Shown here piece after piece: positions 21,489 through 31,678 of a DNA stretch of 64,000 nt. Source of the stretch: an uncultured bacterium (GTDB lineage Bacteria > Chlamydiota > Chlamydiia > Chlamydiales > SM23-39). Each line of letters starts with the position of its first letter. Positions within the stretch are counted from its first letter, which is position 1. The DNA lies in the NCBI GenBank assembly GCA_963716985.1, contig OY970323.1, positions 1 to 64,000 on the forward strand, in the 5' to 3' direction. The notes under the pieces were generated by a model. That model was not told the origin of the DNA. It was given only the letters and a program-made list of their open reading frames with translations, and did not search any database. Both the position numbers and the translations under genes were made by a program.

Positions 21489-21586
21489 TATTGGACATTT
21501 TAGACTGCTCCCAAGTATAAGATCAAAAATTGCAGACTCGCAGGGCTCGCGAAAGAGAAAATTTTAGAAGGCGAAAGTGCAATCCC

Positions 21587-22558
21587 TCAAATCCTTTCGA
21601 CTTTTTCTCTTTCTAAGATGGTTGCAAAAGCCTTTGCAACCTTTTTCACGGAGACGAATTTCTTCCAATGAAGATCGCGCAGACGAAGAGCGTGAACATT
21701 CGGAATACATCGAAAAGGAAAAACCACTTCGTTCAGTCCCCAGCCGGGCCTCCAAAGCTGGGCAATGCGATAATGCCGACAGATCGTTACCGTGGGAAGG
21801 CCGAGAGCAGAGGCCAAATGGCCAACGCCCGAATCATTGCCGATCATATACCCCGATTCGCCTACAAATCGAGCAAGGTCCTGAAAGTTAGAAAAAAGAT
21901 GGACCGGAACTTCTCGATGAAGTAGTTGCGGCCAGGCAAAACCCTCTTTCTCATTCATCACAAAGACGGGGCTCCACCCTTGCTTTTGAAAATGTAAAGC
22001 TAGCTTGACAAATTTCTCTTCCGGCCAGCTTCGCCCCTTCCGTCCACAGGTCGGATGGATGACGATCCTTTTCTTTTCTTTTCTGAGATCAAGATCGAAT
22101 GGAAGAACGATCCCGGGGCTTTTTGTGCTTTTGGGCAAGGAGAGCTTTTGCGAGCAAAAACGATCGATATTGTCCACCATGTTGAGAGAGGGGATAAACG
22201 TTAAGTCATCATAAGAGGACGGGTCGTTTTCTTTTTTTGATGGAGAGGGGTTCATCACATAGATCTTTTCCGGGCACTCTTTTTTTCCTTGTCGGATCAC
22301 TTGCAGCATCACTTCGGAATTTCCATCAAAAGAAAGAAAAATCTTTTCATAGGCGGAGAGAAGAGAGGACACGTCTTTCGGGGAGGGAGGCGGCAAAATG
22401 GGGAGATGGGGAAACCAGCTTTGAAGATCGGAGAGCTGATTGCCATGATAGGTGATCGGATCAAAGCCATTTTGATGAAGATTATGGGATAACATTAAAG
22501 CGACAAGCCCATCGCCCAAACCGCGCGCGCTAAATACGGCACATTTTCTTCGACTCAT
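21587..22558 (-). CDS. Glycosyltransferase family 9 (heptosyltransferase-like)
   Basis: GLGDG N-motif, IVIHP, RSWP, IGNDSGVGHLASALGLPTV; start placed at the Met overlapping the upstream stop. Confidence 0.88.
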   Translation of the reverse strand: MSRRKCAVFSARGLGDGLVALMLSHNLHQNGFDPITYHGNQLSDLQSWFPHLPILPPPSPKDVSSLLSAYEKIFLSFDGNSEVMLQVIRQGKKECPEKIYVMNPSPSKKENDPSSYDDLTFIPSLNMVDNIDRFCSQKLSLPKSTKSPGIVLPFDLDLRKEKKRIVIHPTCGRKGRSWPEEKFVKLALHFQKQGWSPVFVMNEKEGFAWPQLLHREVPVHLFSNFQDLARFVGESGYMIGNDSGVGHLASALGLPTVTICRHYRIAQLWRPGWGLNEVVFPFRCIPNVHALRLRDLHWKKFVSVKKVAKAFATILEREKVERI

Positions 22559-23496
22559 GAAACGCCTTTTTCTAAAAGAAGAAATTCCTTTATTACCCTT
22601 TTGACGGGCAGAAAGGCTTTCCAATACTTATCTCGTAAACGCATGCCCTTGATGTTGGGCAAAAAAGAAAGAGCGGACACGCTTCGCCCTTTCGCCCAAT
22701 CGGGCCTCCAAAATTCTTTCTTTCTCTGACAGGCAAAAATAGTCAGTGTGGGCAGGTGCAAAGAAGAGGCCAAATGGCCCAGGCCGGAATCCATACCGAT
22801 GAAAAACCTCGATTCGTAGAGAAAAGAGGCCATCTCGTGCAACGAAGAAAACGAAGGAAGCGATAGACCGTAAAACTGCACCCATTCCCATTTTTTTCTC
22901 TCAAAAGGAGCGGTCATAAAGCAGGGCTCATATCCCTTTTTTTTCAACAAAAGGGCAAGTTTGAGGAATTTTTTCGCCGGCCAATTTCTCATTTCATTCT
23001 TGCTCGTCGGGTGGATGACCACTCTTTTTTTCTCCTTGCCGAAGATAAGATCGGGGGGAGGCCTACATCCATTGTCTCGAAGGACTGTCGGCAGTTGCAA
23101 TTCATTTTGGCAAAACTCAAGAAGATTGGCCACGATGGTTTTTTTTGTATTGAAGCGAAGATCTCCCGGAAGATTTTTTCCCCTGCAAGTCGTCGCATGA
23201 AGAATCCAAGTGCTCTTCCGGTTTTTTTCTTTTGCAAACTTCTGGAGGAAAACATTTTCCTCTGTGCGATCCGAATTGATAAAAATCTTTTCATAAGAAG
23301 AAAAGAGGGAAGGAATTTCTTCGATTGTTGGGAAAGGTTTGAGGGGAAGGTGGGGAAACCAGCTCTGCAAAGAAAAAAGGGTCGGATGATAGGTGTCCAC
23401 ATCATAGCCATTTTGATAGAGATTTTGAGATAGTGTTAAAAATATGAGACCATCTCCAAGCCCTCGGCTGCAAACGACTGCGCATTTTTTTTTCAC
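22555..23496 (-). CDS. Glycosyltransferase family 9 (tandem paralog)
   Basis: GLGDG, VVIHP, RNWP, IGMDSGLGHLAS. The start is uncertain (GTG 23496 or ATG 23514). Confidence 0.88.
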   Translation of the reverse strand: MKKKCAVVCSRGLGDGLIFLTLSQNLYQNGYDVDTYHPTLFSLQSWFPHLPLKPFPTIEEIPSLFSSYEKIFINSDRTEENVFLQKFAKEKNRKSTWILHATTCRGKNLPGDLRFNTKKTIVANLLEFCQNELQLPTVLRDNGCRPPPDLIFGKEKKRVVIHPTSKNEMRNWPAKKFLKLALLLKKKGYEPCFMTAPFERKKWEWVQFYGLSLPSFSSLHEMASFLYESRFFIGMDSGLGHLASSLHLPTLTIFACQRKKEFWRPDWAKGRSVSALSFLPNIKGMRLRDKYWKAFLPVKRVIKEFLLLEKGVS

Positions 23497-23584
23497 GAAA
23501 AACTTCCCTTTCATTCGAAATGATTCACTATTTATACCGAAGAAATTCACTTTTTTGGTATGGGGATCTTTAAGGAGAGACAAA

Positions 23585-24985
23585 ATGAGGCCATCGATTC
23601 ATTTAGCCCCACGCTTGGAAGGGCGTCTTTTCCTCTCTCAATCCATGAGAGAGGGATTAACAATCCTCCAAATGCCTCTTCTGGAACTTAAAAAATATTT
23701 GAATCAAGAAGTGGAACAAAATCCCCTCTTAGAGTGGAAGGATGATCTATCATATGAAGAAAAATACTCGTTTCCCAACAACTTTTTCTCTGCAAACCAT
23801 CGAAAAGAGATGGAGTCGATTCCAAAAAAAGAATCCCTTTTTGAAAAGATCGATCAACAAATTAATGAAGCTTTTACATCTTGCGAAGAAAAAAGAATTG
23901 CCCACCACATCCTTGGGAATATTGATGCAAAAGGACTACTCGCGTCTTCGATCGAAGAAATCGCCAAAAGTTGCCATGCAGAAGAGAGGAAAGTCGAAAG
24001 CATACGCAAAATAATGCAATCATTCGAACCTCTCGGAATATGTTCTGTCTCCCTTCAAGAGTATCTGCTCGTGCAGCTCAAAGAAGAGAAAAAGGAGGGA
24101 TCTTTTGCTGCGCGCATGGTCCAAGATCATTTCGATGCTTTGACCCATTGCCAATTTTCGAAAATAGAAAAAGCGCTCAAAATCTCTCATGAAAAGATGT
24201 GCCAAATTCTGCAAAAAGACTTGCGTCCCTTAAAATTTTCTCCAATCCAAGACTCTCTATTAGACACAACACCCTCCATCTCCCCTGACTTTGCCTTGTA
24301 TAAAGAGGGCAAGCGCTGGGTTTTTACATACCAAAACGAAAGCGTCATCAAGCTCAGCACCGACTATCTCGCCCTCCTCTCTTCGTCTCAAAAAGAGGAA
24401 AAGCGTCAGATGAGAATTTTTCTCAAAAGAGCCTTGAATTTGACCAGAAGCTTGCAAGAGAGAAAGAAAACATTAAAAAAAATTGCACTCTTTCTGCTAA
24501 AAAAACAGTTTTCATTTTTCGAGGGATCGGGCGAGCTAAAAGCGCTGACAATTCAACGGATGGCCGAAGATCTTCATCTTCATCCATCCACTGCTGCGCG
24601 AGCAATTGCCCATAAATATCTTGCCTGTCCGCAGGGGATTTTGCCCCTGCGGTCTTTTTTTTCCTCATCTGTCAAAACACTCGACGGAAAGAATATTTCA
24701 CAAAAAAAAGCTTTGCTCATATTAAAAACATTCATTCAGGAAGAAGATAAAAAACACCCTCTTTCCGATGAAGCGCTTGCCTCTTTGATGAAAAAATCCG
24801 GGATTTCTTGCGCGCGAAGAACAGTTGTAAAATACCGAAAAGAACTTCGCCTGCAAACGGCCTCGAGGCGCAAGAGGATTTCTACTTGCCAAAATAGGCC
24901 AAGCGAAGAAGCCGCCACCGAAGAGATTCCGCATTCTTCACAAAATCCACAATCTCCTCCTCTGAGCTTCGAGAAAAATCTTTAA
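23585..24985 (+). CDS. rpoN: RNA polymerase sigma-54 factor
   Basis: ILQMPLLEL...EQNPLLE, HPSTAARAIAHKY, PLSDEAL, RpoN box ARRTVVKYR; AGGAG RBS before ATG 23585. Confidence 0.92.
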   Translation: MRPSIHLAPRLEGRLFLSQSMREGLTILQMPLLELKKYLNQEVEQNPLLEWKDDLSYEEKYSFPNNFFSANHRKEMESIPKKESLFEKIDQQINEAFTSCEEKRIAHHILGNIDAKGLLASSIEEIAKSCHAEERKVESIRKIMQSFEPLGICSVSLQEYLLVQLKEEKKEGSFAARMVQDHFDALTHCQFSKIEKALKISHEKMCQILQKDLRPLKFSPIQDSLLDTTPSISPDFALYKEGKRWVFTYQNESVIKLSTDYLALLSSSQKEEKRQMRIFLKRALNLTRSLQERKKTLKKIALFLLKKQFSFFEGSGELKALTIQRMAEDLHLHPSTAARAIAHKYLACPQGILPLRSFFSSSVKTLDGKNISQKKALLILKTFIQEEDKKHPLSDEALASLMKKSGISCARRTVVKYRKELRLQTASRRKRISTCQNRPSEEAATEEIPHSSQNPQSPPLSFEKNL

Positions 24986-25760
24986 TCTCCCGATCCTTCA
25001 AACGAAAGAGTGTCGCCATCGTTTTCTTTCTGGTTTTCAAAATGCGAAAAAGTTTTTGATAGGCCCTGCGAAAGAGGAGATGTTTGCAAATCAAACGTAA
25101 AAGCACAAAGGAAAAAGCGGCAAATACCCCATAGCCGAAAACAAGAGAAAGAAGGGCAAAGGGAGCATGAAAAAAGAAAGAGAGCCACTGAAAAAGAATG
25201 GAACACAAAATAGCGCCCCCCAAAAAAAGCATCCCCTTGGGAGATCCGGCCATGGGCCCTAAAAATCTGCGCAACATGGAGGAGGATGCAGCATAGGCGA
25301 AGAACTCTTCAAAGAGAGGCTCTTGAAAAGCCGCTCGCGCCGCATGCGCGGCTTCATGGGCCAAAATCTCTTCTAGAGAATAGATTGTTAAAAAAGATCC
25401 CTTGATGAGCCCGCTTCGCAGCTGGATAAGACAGAAAGGAGTTTTTTCAATTTCACACAGCCAGGTCGTAGCTCCTTGCAATAGAGAAAGGTCTTGATTG
25501 TGAAAAAATGCACAAAATCGAAGGGGCGCGAAATCAAAGAGATTGAACAAATAAGAGGAGGGCCAGCTCCAGCGCGGTTTTATAAGTTTTTTTTCCAAAG
25601 GAAAGGGCGGGGAGATCTTTCTCTCTTCAAAAAAAAGATAGGGGTCTTGGTAAAAACTTTCCCCAAGGGAAACTCTTTTGCAAAAACTCTCCTCATCTTC
25701 TTCCGGACCCGGGATCCATCCTTTCTGGTTATAAGCGAGAAGTTGTTCATCGGAAATCAT
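24882..25760 (-). CDS. Conserved chlamydial-type hypothetical membrane protein with HExxH motif
   Basis: 292 aa; AHEAAHAAR followed by EEFFAY; two C-terminal hydrophobic helices; divergent from topA. Confidence 0.7.
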   Translation of the reverse strand: MISDEQLLAYNQKGWIPGPEEDEESFCKRVSLGESFYQDPYLFFEERKISPPFPLEKKLIKPRWSWPSSYLFNLFDFAPLRFCAFFHNQDLSLLQGATTWLCEIEKTPFCLIQLRSGLIKGSFLTIYSLEEILAHEAAHAARAAFQEPLFEEFFAYAASSSMLRRFLGPMAGSPKGMLFLGGAILCSILFQWLSFFFHAPFALLSLVFGYGVFAAFSFVLLRLICKHLLFRRAYQKLFRILKTRKKTMATLFRLKDREIKDFSRSSEEEIVDFVKNAESLRWRLLRLAYFGK

Positions 25761-25910
25761 GGCAAAAAAATCTCTATTTCCTTTTGGCTCTCAATAATCT
25801 AACATCTAAAGCCATTATCTGCAGCACCATGGAATTCTTCAAATAAAGAAAAAGGATTGCAAACTTTACCTTGATCATTCAAAATCAGCGCAAAGGAGCA
25901 AAAAGAACCC

Positions 25911-28415
25911 ATGGGAAAGAAGCTCATTATCGTCGAGTCTCCTGCAAAAATCAAGACCTTAAAGAAGTTCTTGGGCCGCAATTACGTTTTTGAATCTTCG
26001 ATCGGCCATATCCGCGATCTTCCCCAAAAAGAGTTTGGCATTGATACGGAGCATGGGTTCACGCCGCAATATGTCAATCTTCCCGAAAAAAAGGATGTCA
26101 TCCAGAAACTCAAAAAAGCCGCAAAAGATGCAGAACTTGTCCTTCTTGCGCCCGATCCTGATAGAGAAGGGGAAGCCATTGCTTGGCACATCACGCAAAT
26201 TCTTCCCAAAGACACCCCTATTAAAAGGATGACCTTCCATTCGATCACCAAAGATGCGGTCTTAGAAGCGCTCGAACATACGCGTAAAATCGACATGGAC
26301 CTCGTCGATGCACAGCAGGCAAGACGCCTGCTCGATCGCATCGTCGGCTACAAGATCTCTCCCATACTCACCAAAAAAATCCGCAGAGGAAAACAGGGAA
26401 CATCCGCCGGCCGCGTGCAATCCGTCGCGCTCGAGTTTGTCGTCGAAAGAGAGCGTCAAATTGACTCTTTCGTCCCCATCGAATATTGGACGCTAAAAAC
26501 GATTCTTCATAAAAAACAGAATACGCGCCCCATCGAAGCCATCCTCTATTCCGTCGATGGCAAAAAAATCGAAAAAGAGCTGTCTAAAGAAAAAGATATC
26601 CTGCTTGTCAGCTCCCAAAAAGACGCAGAGAAGCTCGCGGAGCGTTTGAAAAAAGCCCACTACTCCGTCTCGAGCATTGAGAAGAAAGAAAAAAAACGCT
26701 ATCCCGTACCTCCCTTTATCACCTCGACTCTACAACAAGAAGCAAGCCGCCATTTTGGCTTCCCCGTTGCAAGGACTATGAACATCGCCCAAACACTTTA
26801 CGAGGGCGTGGACATGGCCGACGAGGGGCTGGAGGGATTGATCACCTATATGCGAACCGATTCTGTCCAAGTAGCCAAAGAAGCGCTCGTCGCTGCCCGC
26901 AGCTACATCAAGGAGGAATTTGGCGAAAAGTTCCTTCCTGAAAAAGAAATTATCTACGCGAGTAAAAAAACCGCGCAAGAAGCGCACGAAGCCATTCGCC
27001 CCACGAATCTGGCCCATCCTCCCGAAAAAATTCAATCCTTTCTCACGCCCGATCAGTTCAAGATCTATTCTCTTATCTGGAAACGCTTCATTGCCTCACA
27101 AATGAATCCTGCAATTTACGATACCGTCAGCGTAGAAATCACAACAGACAACCATCTCGTTCTCAGAGCCAACGGATCCACCATCAAATTTTCCGGATTT
27201 TTGAGTGCTTATGAAGAGCGCACCGACCGCCTTTCCGAAGAAGAGAAGGAGAAAGCACAAATCCTGCCTCCGCTAAATGAAGGCGAGGCCCTTCTTTTAA
27301 AAGAAGTCGATCCCATCCAGTCCTTTACCAAGCCGCCTCCCCGCTATACGGAAGCATCGCTCGTCAAAGAACTGGAAAAATCGGGTGTCGGCCGTCCTTC
27401 TACCTACGCATCGATCATGAGCAAAATTCAGAGCCGCGAATATACCACGAAAGAAAAAAACACTCTGAAACCGACCGAACTTGGAAAGATCATTGCCCAG
27501 ATGCTGGAAGAAAATTTCCGCGCCATTGTAGATCCCGGGTTTACAGCTGCGATGGAAGATGATTTGGAACTCGTTGCCGAGGGAAAGAGAAATTGGAGAG
27601 AGCTGTTAAAAGAATTTTGGAAAGAGTTCCTTCCGATGGTCGAGCGCGCTGCAAAGGAAGCAACGATCCCCAAAATCATGACCGACATCCCCTGTCCCAA
27701 ATGCAAAAAACCTCTGCAAAAGATCTGGTCGAAAAACAAATATTTTTATGGCTGCTCCGATTATCCTACTTGCGATTTTACGGCACCCATCGAATCGCTT
27801 GATTTCAAAAAAGAAGATTATGATGAAAGTTTTGATTGGGAGCAAAAATGCCCGATCTGTAAATCTCCCATGACGCTTCGCCATGGTCGTTTTGGCCCCT
27901 TTTTGGGCTGCTCCAAATATCCCGAATGTAAGGGAATCGTGACGATCCCTAAAAAAGGGGAAACGCTCACCCCGGCGAAACAGCTTCCCAAATGCCCCGC
28001 TATCGACTGCGAAGGAAGAATATTGTCGCGAAGATCGCGCTTTGGAAAAATCTTTTATTCCTGCTCTCTTTTCCCCGATTGCGATGTCATCGTCAATGAC
28101 ATTGCCGATCTGGAAAAGAAGTATCAAAACCATCCCAAAACGGCTTATCAAAAAAGAGGCAAAGGAAGCGGGAAGGGATTTGCCAATCGCGTCTTTCAAC
28201 TCTCTGAAGAACTCTCCGCCATCGTAGGAGAAAAAGAGCTCTCAAGAGGCGATGTCTTAAAAAAACTTTGGGCCTATATCAAAACCCACAAGCTCCAAAA
28301 TCCAAAGAACAAACGACAGATTGTCCCTGATGAAAAGTTAGCAAAGGTCTTTGGATCGAAAGAGGGCCTCGACATGATGCAGTTGGCAAGAGTGTTGAAA
28401 AATCATTTGAAATAA
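25911..28415 (+). CDS. topA: DNA topoisomerase I with zinc ribbons and C-terminal SWIB/MDM2 domain
   Basis: IVESPAK, DPDREGEAI, SAGRVQS, LITYMRTDS, three C4 ribbons, and a SWIB-like end LSEELSAIVG...LWAYIKTHKLQNP. Confidence 0.96.
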   Translation: MGKKLIIVESPAKIKTLKKFLGRNYVFESSIGHIRDLPQKEFGIDTEHGFTPQYVNLPEKKDVIQKLKKAAKDAELVLLAPDPDREGEAIAWHITQILPKDTPIKRMTFHSITKDAVLEALEHTRKIDMDLVDAQQARRLLDRIVGYKISPILTKKIRRGKQGTSAGRVQSVALEFVVERERQIDSFVPIEYWTLKTILHKKQNTRPIEAILYSVDGKKIEKELSKEKDILLVSSQKDAEKLAERLKKAHYSVSSIEKKEKKRYPVPPFITSTLQQEASRHFGFPVARTMNIAQTLYEGVDMADEGLEGLITYMRTDSVQVAKEALVAARSYIKEEFGEKFLPEKEIIYASKKTAQEAHEAIRPTNLAHPPEKIQSFLTPDQFKIYSLIWKRFIASQMNPAIYDTVSVEITTDNHLVLRANGSTIKFSGFLSAYEERTDRLSEEEKEKAQILPPLNEGEALLLKEVDPIQSFTKPPPRYTEASLVKELEKSGVGRPSTYASIMSKIQSREYTTKEKNTLKPTELGKIIAQMLEENFRAIVDPGFTAAMEDDLELVAEGKRNWRELLKEFWKEFLPMVERAAKEATIPKIMTDIPCPKCKKPLQKIWSKNKYFYGCSDYPTCDFTAPIESLDFKKEDYDESFDWEQKCPICKSPMTLRHGRFGPFLGCSKYPECKGIVTIPKKGETLTPAKQLPKCPAIDCEGRILSRRSRFGKIFYSCSLFPDCDVIVNDIADLEKKYQNHPKTAYQKRGKGSGKGFANRVFQLSEELSAIVGEKELSRGDVLKKLWAYIKTHKLQNPKNKRQIVPDEKLAKVFGSKEGLDMMQLARVLKNHLK

Positions 28416-29743
28416 AGCATTTCCCTTTTTCGAAAAATGATCTGTTCTACATAGCCGAGGCTGATTCCTAAATGCGCCCATATATATGTACGCAAAAGAC
28501 CCTGATTGAATTGCGAAGATATCACCATGACGATGATGGAAATAAGAAAGGAAAAGACCATTTTTTTTTCTTCCAATGAGTAGCGATCCCCTCTCAAAAC
28601 AAGAAAAAATCTTCGCAAGTAAAAATAACTAAAAAGGCCAAAACAGAGAAGGCCAAAAATACCAAGGCTCGCCAGCAGTTCCGTAAAGGCGTTCATGGGA
28701 TCGAACATTTCTAAGTTTTGCAAAGACTCTCCGCTCACGTCCCCAACGCCATCCAAGTAGGTTTGTTGAAAGAAATAGGGACCCACGCCTCCCACCCCCA
28801 CTCCAAACCAGGGATGTTCTAAAAAAAGATTCCATGCTTCCACAAGGCCATTCCACCGAACTCTAAAAGAGCCGTGGGCAAAAAATCCCCCCATAAAAAA
28901 CTTGAAAAAAGAGTCTAAAAACAGTTTGGGCGCAAGAAGAAAAACAGAAACAAAAAGCAAACAGAAAGACAAACCCCATTGATTGAGCCTTCGAACCATT
29001 TGTGGAGCGTTTTTTTTGATGCTTGGGAAAAATCCACAAAAAAACATCACCAGCCAAAAACAAAAATAGGAAAAAAAACCTCCTGTGGATGTGGAGACTA
29101 AGAGCAATAGGTTAACGCCTATGATCTTGGACAAATTTTTTGCATTCCACATAGCTCCTTCCAAGAGAACTTTTGCATTATAAAAAAACACGAAGGGGGT
29201 CATGTAAAGCGCATAATAAGAGGGCTCGTAGGAAAAGCCTTGCGCACGCGCAAAATGATCTGCCACCGTTTGGGTAACGCAAAAATCTTTTATGCCAAAA
29301 AGGTAGAGCAAAAACTGTAGCACGCCATAAATGCCCAAACACTTAAAAGACCAAAAGTAAATCTGTAGATAGGACTCATTCGATCGGCTCATCATGAGGC
29401 TGAAGGAAAACCAAAAATAGGCAACAAGGTTAAAGAATAAAATGCCCGCATAAGTAAACGAACGCAGCCAATGGACGCTCTGAAAAGCCGATAGGAAGAA
29501 AGAAAGCAAAAGGGTCAAACAAGAGAAAAAGACCACCTTTTCAAAGCACCATTTCCTTGTTAGAGAAAAATAAAAAACTGAAAACAGGGCAATGAAATGG
29601 TTTACCTTAAGTCTAAAAATACCAACTTCGATATGTAAGAGATCTCCGGAAAGCGTAAAAAAATAGAGAAAAAGCAGAGCGGGGAAAAAAAGATCTTTTT
29701 GAAGAGAGGAGACATTCCAACGAAGCAAAGATAAGTTGCGCAT
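28403..29743 (-). CDS. O-antigen ligase/polymerase (WaaL/Wzy_C)-like membrane protein
   Basis: About 11 hydrophobic segments; RAQGFSYEPSYY; SFRVRW...HPWFGVGVGG...NAFTELLASLGIFG. Confidence 0.8.
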   Translation of the reverse strand: MRNLSLLRWNVSSLQKDLFFPALLFLYFFTLSGDLLHIEVGIFRLKVNHFIALFSVFYFSLTRKWCFEKVVFFSCLTLLLSFFLSAFQSVHWLRSFTYAGILFFNLVAYFWFSFSLMMSRSNESYLQIYFWSFKCLGIYGVLQFLLYLFGIKDFCVTQTVADHFARAQGFSYEPSYYALYMTPFVFFYNAKVLLEGAMWNAKNLSKIIGVNLLLLVSTSTGGFFSYFCFWLVMFFCGFFPSIKKNAPQMVRRLNQWGLSFCLLFVSVFLLAPKLFLDSFFKFFMGGFFAHGSFRVRWNGLVEAWNLFLEHPWFGVGVGGVGPYFFQQTYLDGVGDVSGESLQNLEMFDPMNAFTELLASLGIFGLLCFGLFSYFYLRRFFLVLRGDRYSLEEKKMVFSFLISIIVMVISSQFNQGLLRTYIWAHLGISLGYVEQIIFRKREMLYFK

Positions 29744-29984
29744 GCAAATGGCCGCGAATTTGAAATTTTTCTCAAAATGCCCAAAGGGTTAACTGCAGAA
29801 CCCAAAAAAAGTGGTCATGCAAACAGGCACCCTTCAAAATTCTAAAGATCCTAGAGACAAAATTCAACTGATAAACACAAAAAGCAATCTTGTGAATATC
29901 CATTCTTCTTCGGGGAAAATGCCATTGAAAGGAATCCCTTGTACTACTAAAGTATTTTCTCTTTATCTAAACAGGAGGTAGCAA

Positions 29985-30383
29985 ATGACCACAGCAGAAG
30001 CGCAATTGCGCTGGTATTTTATCGGTGAACGTACAGAAACAGCTATTGCCACTGTAACTGGTCTAGGAGCTGGTTTTTGTGTCGGAGGTCCCCTTTGTGC
30101 AATTACAACAGCTGCTACTTTTTTTGGAACTGTCAAAGGAAGATAGGCCTACGCTAGGATGCTCGCAGAATCCGGAGAAAGCAAAGAAACTTCCATAAAA
30201 GCGCATAAAGTTGCCAAATTTATATTCTTTTCGATTATTATAGCTTTACCTGCTTTTTTAATTGATAAAATTAGTTCCTTTTCCAGAAACAAAACCATCT
30301 CATGCGCAAAAGAAGGAAGCACTTGGGAATACTATTACTATTGGGCTGCTCTTGCAATTTGTACTTACAAACATGTGAGATAA
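29985..30383 (+). pseudogene. Small Inc-like membrane protein interrupted by an in-frame TAG
   Basis: AGGAGG RBS and ATG 29985, TAG at 30144-30146; the same frame continues through ORF 30159-30383. Confidence 0.65.
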
Positions 30384-30441
30384 TCCTAAGATTTTTTTGT
30401 CCTTATTGTTGAAGAAAAGTTTTTAAATTGAGGGAGGTAAT

Positions 30442-30819
30442 ATGCAAACAGTTCATTCAAACTTTAGAAATTTAAATTCCTTTTTGGAAAATTTCGGCAA
30501 AATACTTACTCATCCAAAAACTTCTGTTATTCGTGATGTAGCTTTTGTTGGTTCTGTAGCTCTTTGCACGGGATTTATCATCTATTATGAAAGACAAATG
30601 AGCAAGATAGAAATATCCAGAGAAAAATCAATAACTATATTGAACAGAGATTTGTTAGCTATTAAGATTCACGCTTTAGTTGGGACAATATTTCTTCTGT
30701 TGGCTTCTTTCGTACCGTCATTATTCGGCGTGACATTCGCCATCTGTTTTGTTGTGGATTTTGTTTTTATCCCAAAAGAAATCGCTGACTGGGCGTATCC
30801 ATCAGAAAAAACTAAATAG
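30442..30819 (+). CDS. Small membrane protein, Inc-like
   Basis: GGAGG RBS; long hydrophobic stretch LLAIKIHALVG...FVVDFVFIP; N-terminus resembles the gene at 31020. Confidence 0.7.
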   Translation: MQTVHSNFRNLNSFLENFGKILTHPKTSVIRDVAFVGSVALCTGFIIYYERQMSKIEISREKSITILNRDLLAIKIHALVGTIFLLLASFVPSLFGVTFAICFVVDFVFIPKEIADWAYPSEKTK

Positions 30820-31019
30820 GTTTAGGGTGATCCCTTCTTGGCCATTTTCATAAATCCCACACCAGTCGAAGAATTTGGAAACTCGTCTCGCTCAGAGAAA
30901 ACTGACGATTCAGCGGGAGCGAGTGTGGAAATTGTAAAAGAGGCCACCGTCTTCAATCTGGATCAACACGCTTCTACATTTTTAGAACAGAAGAAAATCT
31001 TTCTTCAATGGAGGTCGTT

Positions 31020-31649
31020 ATGACGCAAGCAGTTCATCCTTGGAAGTGGAATGGTTTGCCAGAGAATCTCGATAAAATACTCACACATTCAACAACACTC
31101 ACTATTTCTGTCGGAGTGACAGCTCTTCTGGCAGGCGCAGCTCTTTTAGTCGCATATTGTGAAAATGAACACGCTATCCAACTCAACTTAAAAAAATTAG
31201 ACGAGGATAAAGGATATTCAATACGGAAGATCTCTTTATTTGCTATTTTAATAATTCTACCTTTTTTCGTTCTTTTTTCGCAAAACATAGCATCGGTCTT
31301 ATTTTTTGGCGGGTGTTTTATCTATAGTTTATATCCAATTGCTAAGAGCCTTTTCTTTAGCCCTACGGACAAAGAAATCAACAGAGATTCAAAAAAGATG
31401 GAAAAACATGTTTTTGCTCTCGTTTCTTCTTTTCTTGCAAGCATGCTTATTTCTTCGGCTTTAGGAATTCACCAATTTTCCAAAAATAAAATCATCTCTT
31501 GCAGTAGCGATGTGAATTGCTCGAAATGTTATGAAAACTCTCTTTCAGAAAAGACTTTTTGGGTAATGCTTGTTACTTCTGCAATTGCAGAAATCGGTGT
31601 AAATTATGTCCATCGCGATTGGAAATTTCTGAACTTTCGAAAAAAGTAG
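31020..31649 (+). CDS. Multi-pass membrane protein, Inc-like
   Basis: GGAGG RBS before ATG 31020; shares ENxxKILTH with the 30442 gene and FSxNKxISC with the 29985 gene. Confidence 0.7.
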   Translation: MTQAVHPWKWNGLPENLDKILTHSTTLTISVGVTALLAGAALLVAYCENEHAIQLNLKKLDEDKGYSIRKISLFAILIILPFFVLFSQNIASVLFFGGCFIYSLYPIAKSLFFSPTDKEINRDSKKMEKHVFALVSSFLASMLISSALGIHQFSKNKIISCSSDVNCSKCYENSLSEKTFWVMLVTSAIAEIGVNYVHRDWKFLNFRKK

Positions 31650-31678
31650 TAGGCCTTGATGATGCTTGAAAGCAGCAG

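Noticed and set aside
25911..28415. Eukaryote-like SWIB domain fused to TopA as a novelty
   Set aside because: This is an already known chlamydial hallmark; it was used only for taxonomic inference.
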